DNA of 64,000 nt from an uncultured Ignavibacteria bacterium (GTDB taxonomy: Bacteria; Zixibacteria; MSB-5A5; CAIYYT01): NCBI GenBank assembly GCA_964537215.1, contig CAZIBI010000006.1, positions 55,221 through 119,220 of the forward strand, written 5' to 3'. This document shows, one piece after another, positions 38,541 through 46,844 of the stretch (position 1 is its first letter; every line of letters begins with the position of its first letter). The position numbers and the translations under genes are program-made. The notes under the pieces are model-generated. The model was not told where the DNA came from. It made no database searches and saw nothing but the letters and a program-made list of their open reading frames with translations.

Positions 38541-39628
38541 CACCGTATCTTGAAAGTTGACAGCGTTAAGAGCGCGAGCAACACGCCGACGATCCAAAAT
38601 CGGACCACGACCTTGCTCTCATGCCAACCGCTCAATTCGAAGTGGTGGTGAAGGGGAGCCATTTTGAATATCCGCTTTCCCCGCAATTTGAAAGAAGATA
38701 CCTGTAATATGACTGATAAAGCTTCAGCCACAAAGACTCCCCCTACTATCACCAACAGAATTTCCTTTTTAAGTAAGATTGCCAGCGCGCCCAATATGCC
38801 CCCCAGCGCCAGCGCGCCCGTATCGCCCATGAACACTTGCGCCGGATGCGTGTTATACCACAGGAATCCGAGCCCTGCGCCGATAGCCGCCGCGCAGTAG
38901 ACTGTCAGTTCCCCTGCGCCCGGCAAATAGGCAATGTCCAAATAATTCGAGAAGTCAGTACGACCTGTGATATAAGCCATTCCTGCGAACGCCACGAAAC
39001 AGATCGAGGTCAGCCCGATTGCCAGTCCGTCAAGTCCGTCCGTCAGATTCACCGCATTGGAAGCGCCGGTGATCACGACGATGATGAACGGGATAAACAG
39101 CCAGATCGGGAAATCGAGTATGTAATTCTTGAAGAACGGAATGTCAGTCTTGAGATCGAACAGCGGCGTCGGCGGATAGTAGTACAGCAACAACCCGAAA
39201 ACTACTCCGAGCGCTACCTGCCCGATTAGCTTCTTCCGCCCAACCAGTCCCTTCTTTTGGTGCTTGATCGCTTTCAGGTAATCATCCATGAAACCGATCG
39301 CGCCGAGCCATACCGTGACAATCAGAATGTAAATCACGAATCGATTCGTCAAATCTGCCCACAGCAAAGTCGGAATCACGATCGCCGCCAGTATGATCAG
39401 CCCGCCCATCGTCGGCGTTCCTTCTTTCGCCAGATGCGATTTCGGTCCCTCGGTGCGAATGCTCTCTTTGACCTGGCGGTTCTTCAGCATGCGAATCAGC
39501 GCCGGCCCGAGTATCAAGCTGATGAAGAGCGCCGTCACTGTCGCCGCTGCGCTGCGAAAAGTGATATAGCGGAACAAATTGAAGAAGCTGATATGATCGA
39601 CAAGCGGATAGAGCAATAGATAGAGCAC
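38540..39628 (-). CDS. mraY: Phospho-N-acetylmuramoyl-pentapeptide transferase
   Basis: KEGTPTMGG, GFMDDYLK, NAVNLTDGLDGL, FMGDTG and MAPLHHHFE. Confidence 0.97.
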   Translation of the reverse strand: MLYLLLYPLVDHISFFNLFRYITFRSAAATVTALFISLILGPALIRMLKNRQVKESIRTEGPKSHLAKEGTPTMGGLIILAAIVIPTLLWADLTNRFVIYILIVTVWLGAIGFMDDYLKAIKHQKKGLVGRKKLIGQVALGVVFGLLLYYYPPTPLFDLKTDIPFFKNYILDFPIWLFIPFIIVVITGASNAVNLTDGLDGLAIGLTSICFVAFAGMAYITGRTDFSNYLDIAYLPGAGELTVYCAAAIGAGLGFLWYNTHPAQVFMGDTGALALGGILGALAILLKKEILLVIVGGVFVAEALSVILQVSSFKLRGKRIFKMAPLHHHFELSGWHESKVVVRFWIVGVLLALLTLSTFKIR

Positions 39629-41025
39629 TAATTCTTCCTCCCCATCATTGCTTTGATGCCCTGTTCGACCAACTCGAGCTTAATACCACGCGAAGCTTTC
39701 AATAGCATCAGATCTCCGGCGCGAAGGTAGTGCACTAGCACTTCGACCGCCTCGCTGTGATCTTTCGCAACGATGATTTTGCCTGAATCCATTCCGGCTT
39801 TTATCGCCGCATCTTTTACGACTTCCGAAAACGCGCCAAGCAGCACCAGCATGTCGGTCCGTGCTGCTGCAATCTTTTTACCCAGCTCGGCATGATACTC
39901 CTCCGCCTTCGCGCCGAGCTCCAACATGTCGCCGAATACAACGATGCGTCGGCCGTCTGTCTTCATCGAGGCGATCGTATCCAACGCTCCCTTGGCAGAG
40001 ACCGGATTCGAATTGTATGCGTCATTAATGATCGTCACGCCTTGGTATTCTTCAGTCGTCATGCGGTTGCCGGTCGGAACAAACGACTCGATGCCGCTTT
40101 TGATCTGTGCATACGGAATCTCCATGATCTTCGCAACAGCCAGCGCCGCCAAACAGTTGGAGACATGGTGCATTCCCATCACCGGCATTGTAATGTCGTC
40201 GCCCTGATAAATCAGATGCGCTCGGCCGGCGCCATTCATGCGCACTTCATCAGGATGAATGTCGTTTTCCAGCGCTGTTCCAAACGTCACCTTCTTGACT
40301 TTGTAGCGATACGAACGCGAGCGAATGTTCGGATCGTCCATGTTAAGCACGACCCAGTCGTCGCTGCGATAATTTTGCAGCATCTCAAACTTTGCCTCCG
40401 CAATCGCATCAATCGTCTTCATCGTTTCCAGATGTGCCGGTCCGATGTTCAGGATGACGCGAATATCGGGTGCATACAATTCCACCAGGCGCTTGATCTC
40501 GCCCGGCGTCGACATCGCAAATTCGAACACGGCCGCTTCGCAGTTGCGGTCGAACTCGAAAATTGACAGCGGCACGCCAAACTGATTATTGAGATTTCCG
40601 CGCGTCGAACAGGTGCGGTACTTCAAAGCCAGCAAATTCGCGACCATCGCCTTGGTCGTCGTCTTGCCGTTAGTGCCGGTAATCGCTACTTTCCGCGGGT
40701 TGATGATTTCCAGATAGTGCCGCGCAAGTTGCTGCAATGCATCGAGAGTATCATCCACGGCGATCACGACCGCGTTCGCGATATTGGCAAACTCGCTGTA
40801 GCGCGCCTTGGCAACAACAATCACCGGGCTGCCGGCTTTGGCGGCGTCGCGGGCGAAATCGTGTCCGTCAAACTTTTCACCGGCGATGCACACGAAAATG
40901 TTGCCGGCCTTGTTGGTTCGGCTGTCAATCGAAACGCCGGCAAATTCCGTTTGCAGATTTGCATTCGCATCCACCACGGCATTGCCCAGTGCCGGTAGAT
41001 ATTCTCTGATAACGCCGCTGATCAT
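39628..41025 (-). CDS. murF: UDP-MurNAc-tripeptide--D-Ala-D-Ala ligase
   Basis: SIDSR, GTNGKTTTK, NNQFGVPL, NDAYNSNP and GDMLELG. Confidence 0.95.
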   Translation of the reverse strand: MISGVIREYLPALGNAVVDANANLQTEFAGVSIDSRTNKAGNIFVCIAGEKFDGHDFARDAAKAGSPVIVVAKARYSEFANIANAVVIAVDDTLDALQQLARHYLEIINPRKVAITGTNGKTTTKAMVANLLALKYRTCSTRGNLNNQFGVPLSIFEFDRNCEAAVFEFAMSTPGEIKRLVELYAPDIRVILNIGPAHLETMKTIDAIAEAKFEMLQNYRSDDWVVLNMDDPNIRSRSYRYKVKKVTFGTALENDIHPDEVRMNGAGRAHLIYQGDDITMPVMGMHHVSNCLAALAVAKIMEIPYAQIKSGIESFVPTGNRMTTEEYQGVTIINDAYNSNPVSAKGALDTIASMKTDGRRIVVFGDMLELGAKAEEYHAELGKKIAAARTDMLVLLGAFSEVVKDAAIKAGMDSGKIIVAKDHSEAVEVLVHYLRAGDLMLLKASRGIKLELVEQGIKAMMGRKN

Positions 41026-42494
41026 TCCGACATCCCCTTCAAAGTCTCTTCGATTACTTCGCGGTCATCAAAGTGTATTCTGTTCGTGCCGAGTATCTGA
41101 TAGTTCTCGTGCCCCTTGCCCGCCACGACCAACAGATCGTCTTCTTCACACAACGCCAGTGCAATCTCTATCGCTTTGCGCCGGTCGGGCTCAATGATCG
41201 TCTTCTTGTTCTTATCCAAACCCGGCTTGATATCCTCGATGATCTTCATTGGATCTTCCGTCCGCGGATTGTCCGAGGTCACAATCACGATATCCGCACC
41301 AGTCGAAGCCGCTTCCGCCATCAACGGCCGCTTGCTGCGGTCGCGATCGCCGCCGCAACCGAACAACACGAGTAGCCGGTTCTTGGCAATTTGTCGCGCC
41401 GTTTCCAAAATCTTTCCGAGTGCATCCGGCGTATGTGCATAGTCGATGAGAATCGTGAAATTCTGCCCGGCATTGACTTTCTGCGCGCGTCCATGCACAA
41501 ACGAGCGCATGCCCAGGCCCTTCGCGATTTGCGGCAACTCAATCCCGGCAGCCAGCGCAGTCGCAGCAGCGCAGAGCGCGTTTTCCAGGTTGAATTTTCC
41601 CAGCAATTGCAATTGCACATCCGCATTTCCTTGCGGCGTCACCAGCTTGAATTCTGAACCCGATGTGGACATCTTAATATTTTCCATCCGGACATCGGCG
41701 CGCGAATCGTTGATTGCAAAAGTCAGGCACGAGGACTTCACTCGCGGGTACAGGTACTCGAAATTCGCATCATCGCGATTCAGCACCGCCCACTTGTTCT
41801 TGCCCGCAACCAAATCAAGAATGTGCGCCTTCGCCTCGCGATAAGACTCCAATGTCTTGTGATAGTCAAAATGATCCTGCGTGATATTGCTGATCGCCGC
41901 TACGCGGAATTCCAATTCTTCCACGCGGTACATCGCCAGCGCATGCGAGGACACTTCGGCGGCGGCATAACGCACGCCCTCTTTCACCATGATGTCCAGA
42001 ATGCGCTCAAGTTCGAGAGGACCCGGCGTCGTGTTGACAGCGTTGAACACCTGCCGCGCCGTGTGATAACCCAGCGTGCCAATGACGCCCGCGGGCTTGC
42101 CGCTCTGCTCGAAGATCGATTTCAGCAGCCAGGTAATTGTCGTCTTGCCGTTGGTTCCGGTAACGCCAATGAGATTCAGCTTGCGGCTCGGATGCTCATA
42201 GTACGTCGCGGCAATCTTCGCGATCGCTCGGCGGATATCGCCAACCTTCGCGTAGCACGAAACCCCGACCGGTGCCTCCGCCGGAGCCACAACCGCAATT
42301 GCGCCGCGGCGAACCGCCTCGAAGACATATTTGAGACCGTCATCCGCAAACCCGGGAATTGCTACGAAGACATCGTTTGCGCTTACCAATCTGCTGTCAA
42401 CTTCCACTTTGTTAATCGTCACGTTGGGGTCGCCGGAAATGATGGCATCGTCGAGTTCCGCAACTAATTCACCGAATGTCACCGCCGCCTCCAT
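41022..42494 (-). CDS. murE: UDP-MurNAc-dipeptide--meso-DAP ligase
   Basis: GTNGKTT, DYAHTPDAL, FGCGGDRD, DNPR (a DAP-type motif) and GKGHE. Confidence 0.96.
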   Translation of the reverse strand: MEAAVTFGELVAELDDAIISGDPNVTINKVEVDSRLVSANDVFVAIPGFADDGLKYVFEAVRRGAIAVVAPAEAPVGVSCYAKVGDIRRAIAKIAATYYEHPSRKLNLIGVTGTNGKTTITWLLKSIFEQSGKPAGVIGTLGYHTARQVFNAVNTTPGPLELERILDIMVKEGVRYAAAEVSSHALAMYRVEELEFRVAAISNITQDHFDYHKTLESYREAKAHILDLVAGKNKWAVLNRDDANFEYLYPRVKSSCLTFAINDSRADVRMENIKMSTSGSEFKLVTPQGNADVQLQLLGKFNLENALCAAATALAAGIELPQIAKGLGMRSFVHGRAQKVNAGQNFTILIDYAHTPDALGKILETARQIAKNRLLVLFGCGGDRDRSKRPLMAEAASTGADIVIVTSDNPRTEDPMKIIEDIKPGLDKNKKTIIEPDRRKAIEIALALCEEDDLLVVAGKGHENYQILGTNRIHFDDREVIEETLKGMSE

Positions 42495-42497
42495 ACA

Positions 42498-44576
42498 TCA
42501 ATCCACACTGCAAATCAGCCGCAAACTGCGGGTTGAAGCCAAACTGTCCGGCGCTACTTCGATCACATGCTTGACAAAACCGGAACCCTCAACATCAAAC
42601 TCGTATCCCCATTGCCGCACTTGCGCCACGGCGCTGCGCACCGACATTCCGATCAATTCCGAATACGGTCCGGCGCTGTCCTGCTCGGCGCTCGTGAGTT
42701 GCACGATCAACCGTTCGCCTTCGAGAAGAACGCTCCCCGGCTTCGGCACCTGCCGCGTAATGATATCACCGCTATTCACAAAGCTCACATCGAGCGCGAT
42801 CGTGTCGAGCAATTCTTGCACTGTCGAAAGCGTGTGGCCCTCAAGTTCCGGCACGCGAATTTCGCGCGGCGCTGATTTTGCCTTCTGCGCTGCGAACAAT
42901 TCCGGCTCGGTCAATTTTTCCTTGGTCGAAAGACGCTCGGCGATGCGGCGGAAGATGCGCGCCGAGGTCATTCCCGCGTAGTGAACGGGCTGCGCGTCAT
43001 CGAGCACAATCACACCGACTGCAATCGGAGACTCAGCCGGGAAGTGTCCGGCAAAAGTCGAGATGTAGCTGTTCTGATAGTAGCCGCCGTTTTCAAGATT
43101 CACTTTCTGCGCGGTGCCGGTCTTGCCTGCAAACGTAATCACCTTCGACTTGCTGTACTTGCCCGTGCCGGTATCGACAACTGCTTTCATGAATTGCTTA
43201 AGCTGATCGCAGGTTTCTTTCGAAAGCAAAGTCCGCACTTTCGTCGGCGCGTGTTGCTCGACAATTTCACCGGTCGGCGCGGTAATCTTCCGGATGATAT
43301 AGGGCTGATACAGCGCGCCTTCCGAACAGACCACGCTAAACGCCGAGGCCAACTGCAGCGCCGTCACGCAGACGCCGTGTCCCATCGCCAATTGCGATGT
43401 GAAAAAGTCCGACCACTTGTTCGGTTCGCGCAGGATGCCGGGCATCTCGCCGGGCATGTCGATTCCCGACTTCATCCCGAATCCAAAATATTTGGCGTAT
43501 TTGAACAGCGTCTTATTTCCGAGTTTGCAGGCAACTCTGGCCGTGCCGATGTTGGAGGAAAAGGCAAAAATATCCTTCACCGCCAAGTCGCCCCATTTGT
43601 GGTCGTCATGAATCCACTTTCCCGAGAATTGCGCCTTGCCGCCGCCGCAATTGAAGTGGTCGGTAGGCGTCGAGGAGCCCTCTTCAAGCGCGCCCGCTAT
43701 CGCCACCAGTTTGAATACCGAGCCCGGCTCAAACACATCGGCGATCGCTTCGTTCTTCTGTGATGCAGCGCTCTTCGAATATGGATAGTATGACGCCATC
43801 GCCAGGATCGCTCCGTCGTTGGGCCGCAAGAAAACGGCAATCCCCGATTGCGCCGAAAATGTGTCCACGCCGTTCTTCAGTTCCTGTTCGACAATCGCCT
43901 GCCAATCGAGATCGATCGTCAATTGCACATCGTTGCCGTTGCGCGGATCCACCAGATCCTTGCTCGCAACGCGGTAAATGTTTCCAACCGCATCGCGCTC
44001 GACCCGAGTCTTACCCGGCGCTCCGTTGAGAACGCCGTTAAGCGCAAACTCCAGCCCGGAGATACCCTGATTTTCCGTGTCGACGGTGCCGAGCAAATCG
44101 CGCCCCAACGACTCACGTGGATAGGCGCGCTGCATCTCGCGTTGCGAAAACAAGCCAGGAAGTTTTCGCGCCTCAAGCGCATCCGCCTTCTCGCCGTCGA
44201 TACGCCGGCATAACCACGTGAATTGCTCGACGCGGCTCTTGAGTTTGGCGCGCAATTCATTCCGCCCGACATTCATGTAGGGCGCGACAACGTTGGCGAT
44301 TTCGAGGGCAGCAGCTTCGTTGGGCGGATAAGCGAAGAATGATCGCGTCGCGGTGTTGCTGGCGAGTGTCCGGCCATGATCGTCGAAAATGCGACCACGC
44401 TCAGAGGGTACTTCAACCTCGCCGCGGCTCTGATTGTCGGAGATCGCGCGGTATTGTTCGCCGCGCACAAGCTGGATATTGATCAACCGGCCGACCAGCG
44501 CCATCCAGACCAAGCATACGGCAATGATCAGAGCATAAACGCGGCCGCGCGATATAAAGAATCCTTGTGATGTCAT
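42498..44576 (-). CDS. ftsI: Class B penicillin-binding protein FtsI with C-terminal PASTA-like domains
   Basis: N-terminal transmembrane helix, EPGSVFK (SxxK), SSN (SxN), KTG and PASTA-like VPELEG repeat. Confidence 0.9.
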   Translation of the reverse strand: MTSQGFFISRGRVYALIIAVCLVWMALVGRLINIQLVRGEQYRAISDNQSRGEVEVPSERGRIFDDHGRTLASNTATRSFFAYPPNEAAALEIANVVAPYMNVGRNELRAKLKSRVEQFTWLCRRIDGEKADALEARKLPGLFSQREMQRAYPRESLGRDLLGTVDTENQGISGLEFALNGVLNGAPGKTRVERDAVGNIYRVASKDLVDPRNGNDVQLTIDLDWQAIVEQELKNGVDTFSAQSGIAVFLRPNDGAILAMASYYPYSKSAASQKNEAIADVFEPGSVFKLVAIAGALEEGSSTPTDHFNCGGGKAQFSGKWIHDDHKWGDLAVKDIFAFSSNIGTARVACKLGNKTLFKYAKYFGFGMKSGIDMPGEMPGILREPNKWSDFFTSQLAMGHGVCVTALQLASAFSVVCSEGALYQPYIIRKITAPTGEIVEQHAPTKVRTLLSKETCDQLKQFMKAVVDTGTGKYSKSKVITFAGKTGTAQKVNLENGGYYQNSYISTFAGHFPAESPIAVGVIVLDDAQPVHYAGMTSARIFRRIAERLSTKEKLTEPELFAAQKAKSAPREIRVPELEGHTLSTVQELLDTIALDVSFVNSGDIITRQVPKPGSVLLEGERLIVQLTSAEQDSAGPYSELIGMSVRSAVAQVRQWGYEFDVEGSGFVKHVIEVAPDSLASTRSLRLICSVD

Positions 44577-45091
44577 GCTCCCGCTCTGCCCGACCCCTTG
44601 CTCTTCTTAGTGTTGGTTTTTTTGGTAACGGGTTTGGTTGATTTCGCTTTCGTCGTCGTTTTCGTCGGCGCTTTCTTTTCGATTGAAGCCTTCTTCGTGA
44701 CCGCCGGCTTCGCCGCAGGTTCAGGTTTCGGCGCTTCGATATTCTTCTCAACCGGCGCCGGCTTTTTCTCCGCCGGCACAATCGCCTTCGCAAATTGCGC
44801 CTCGCGCAACGGCATCATGTTCAAATCATTGCGCGCAATCAATTCGATGTTTTCCAGCGACGACAACAATTCGACTTCGAATTGCAGCGCCTGGCATTTT
44901 TCCTTCAGCAGGCGGACGTTCTGTTTGCGATGCGAATACTCCTCGGCAAGCTGCAGCGTATACACCCGCTGCCAGACAAACATGTAGGCGAACATCAGCG
45001 CCAATGCCAGCAGACCCAGCGTCGCCAAGATCCGGCGCCGCCGCTGCTTCCTTTGCTCCTGCATTTGTTCTGTCCAACTTGTTTTCTGCAT
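44573..45091 (-). CDS. ftsL: FtsL-like cell division protein with Lys/Pro/Thr-rich C-terminal tail
   Basis: Basic N-terminus, one transmembrane helix, coiled coil and LENIELIARNDLNM. Canonical position between rsmH and ftsI. ATG 45091 preferred. Confidence 0.7.
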   Translation of the reverse strand: MQKTSWTEQMQEQRKQRRRRILATLGLLALALMFAYMFVWQRVYTLQLAEEYSHRKQNVRLLKEKCQALQFEVELLSSLENIELIARNDLNMMPLREAQFAKAIVPAEKKPAPVEKNIEAPKPEPAAKPAVTKKASIEKKAPTKTTTKAKSTKPVTKKTNTKKSKGSGRAGA

Positions 45092-45139
45092 GATAAATGT
45101 GTGAGGCGGCCGGCAATCCTTGGCCAACCGCCTCACTCC

Positions 45140-46069
45140 TCAAGAGGTCCCCAGCTTCGCAGCCGCACGCAACCTTGCGCTCCGAGAGCGCTGATTTATC
45201 GCAATCTCCGCCTCACTCGCCTTAATCGCCTTGCGCGTCAGACGCTTGAGCAGAGCTTTCCTTCCGCATACACAAACCGGCGCACTGCGCGGACAGATGC
45301 ACGGGTTTTCCTGGGCGACAAAAAACTGCTTCACCGCCCGGTCTTCCAAAGAATGAAAACTGATAAACGCGACCACACCGCCGACACGCAGATAATCCAC
45401 GATCTTCGGCATGACCGTCTGCAATTGACCAAGTTCATCATTGACCCAAATGCGCAGCGCCTGCCAAACCTGCGACAGCGCCTGCTTCGACTTCTCGCGC
45501 TTGACATGCGGCAACACAACTTTCACCAAATCAGCGACCGTCGCCAGCTCGCCCGCATCGCTGGCCGCGACAATCGCCGCTGCAATGCGACGGGGCCGGT
45601 CGATCTCGCCGTATTCGCCCAGAATTTTTGTCAGTTCGTTCACCGATACGCTCTTGAGTCGTTCTGTCAGCGGTACTCCGGAAGTTTCATCAAAGCGCAA
45701 ATCCAGAGCATCGCCTGACGCCTGATGCGCAAATCCCCGTTTTGATTGCTCGAGTTGGATCGAGGACAATCCCAGATCAAACAGCGCAAAATCAATCGCC
45801 CCCTTCTCGGCCACGCCCAGGTGCTTGTCAAAATTCGCGTACGAATCATGCACCAGCCGCAGTTGCTGGTTATACACTCCAAGACGTGTGCGGGTTTGCT
45901 CTAACGCATCAACGTCCCTGTCGAAGCCGATCACTTGCGCTGCCTCTCCCAATAATTTTAGAATTGCTTCAGTATGCCCGCCGCCGCCGACGGTGAAATC
46001 CACTGCCAATCGGGCGCCGGGCGGAATCAAGGACAGTACTTCGTTTAGGAGGACTGGCGCATGGGGCGT
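45140..46069 (-). CDS. rsmH: 16S rRNA m4C1402 methyltransferase RsmH
   Basis: HAPVLLNE, DFTVGGGGH, DLGLSS.QL and ISFHSLEDR. The conserved N-terminal motif lies upstream of the ORF-track TTG (46030), so the start is probably ACG 46069. Confidence 0.93.
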   Translation of the reverse strand, partial: TPHAPVLLNEVLSLIPPGARLAVDFTVGGGGHTEAILKLLGEAAQVIGFDRDVDALEQTRTRLGVYNQQLRLVHDSYANFDKHLGVAEKGAIDFALFDLGLSSIQLEQSKRGFAHQASGDALDLRFDETSGVPLTERLKSVSVNELTKILGEYGEIDRPRRIAAAIVAASDAGELATVADLVKVVLPHVKREKSKQALSQVWQALRIWVNDELGQLQTVMPKIVDYLRVGGVVAFISFHSLEDRAVKQFFVAQENPCICPRSAPVCVCGRKALLKRLTRKAIKASEAEIAINQRSRSARLRAAAKLGTS

Positions 46070-46070
46070 G

Positions 46071-46523
46071 CTATTCTTCGGATCCGAACAGATTCTCGAC
46101 TACCTCTTCCGGAGTCATTGGAAATGACTTCTGATAATCTTTGTAACGCTGTTCGTTCCAGAGCTCGATTTTCTCTCTCACACCCATCACCAGAACTTCC
46201 TTGTCAATTCCCGCAAACTCTAGTAAGTGTTTGGGAATTGTTATTCGTCCTTGCGAGTCCGGTACGCCTTCCGCCGAGTTGGAATAGATATACCGCTTGA
46301 GAAATCGTGCCTGCTTGGAGTCCATGGCCTTCTGTGGGGCCATCTTTTCAGTAACTTTGCGATATTCGGCTTCTGAATACAGATCCAGACCGCCGTCAAC
46401 GTTGCGGATTACGAAAAACTTTTCAGAACCCTGCGCCGCCGCTATCGCACGATACTTCGCGGGAATGGCAATTCGCCCTTTCCCGTCGATAGCGACGATT
46501 TGTTGTCCTGTAAAATCTGGCAA
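46071..46523 (-). CDS. mraZ: Transcriptional regulator MraZ
   Basis: IDGKGRIAIP and DSQGRITIP duplicated SpoVT-AbrB motifs, IELW. First gene of the dcw cluster. Confidence 0.95.
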   Translation of the reverse strand: MPDFTGQQIVAIDGKGRIAIPAKYRAIAAAQGSEKFFVIRNVDGGLDLYSEAEYRKVTEKMAPQKAMDSKQARFLKRYIYSNSAEGVPDSQGRITIPKHLLEFAGIDKEVLVMGVREKIELWNEQRYKDYQKSFPMTPEEVVENLFGSEE

Positions 46524-46542
46524 CGCGACCCTCCGAAGCAGG

Positions 46543-46562
46543 AAATTCCCCTAAATTCCCCT
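46543..46562 (-). promoter_or_regulatory. Probable MraZ operator (10-nt tandem repeat)
   Basis: Exact duplication AGGGGAATTT x2 on the minus strand, between the promoter and the mraZ RBS. Confidence 0.55.
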
Positions 46563-46572
46563 CGACTCGCCA

Positions 46573-46600
46573 AAAGTACGCATTTTTCCCCTCTTGTCAA
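46573..46600 (-). promoter_or_regulatory. dcw cluster promoter
   Basis: Minus-strand TTGACA-N16-TACTTT. Confidence 0.55.
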
Positions 46601-46844
46601 GAATAAAACCCCACATTTCCCGCGAAAATTATTGGTAGTAGCGAACTTCCCACAGGTGTGGGGCTTATGCCATCCTCCAAAAGTCGAGAAGTTGATTCAG
46701 ATTGCGACGATTACCGTTTGTTCACTCTTGCAACACATTAACCTATTGCAAATTAATGCCTTACCGCACCAAGCTTCAGCCCAAGCCATCGGCACGGCTT
46801 TTGCCCTTCTAAGACCGGCAGAAGTTGTTTTTGGGATAGGTAAA

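Noticed and set aside
46500-46844. 115-codon N-terminal extension of the C25 ORF
   Set aside because: It overlaps mraZ and its promoter. ATG 46845 starts a clear signal peptide.
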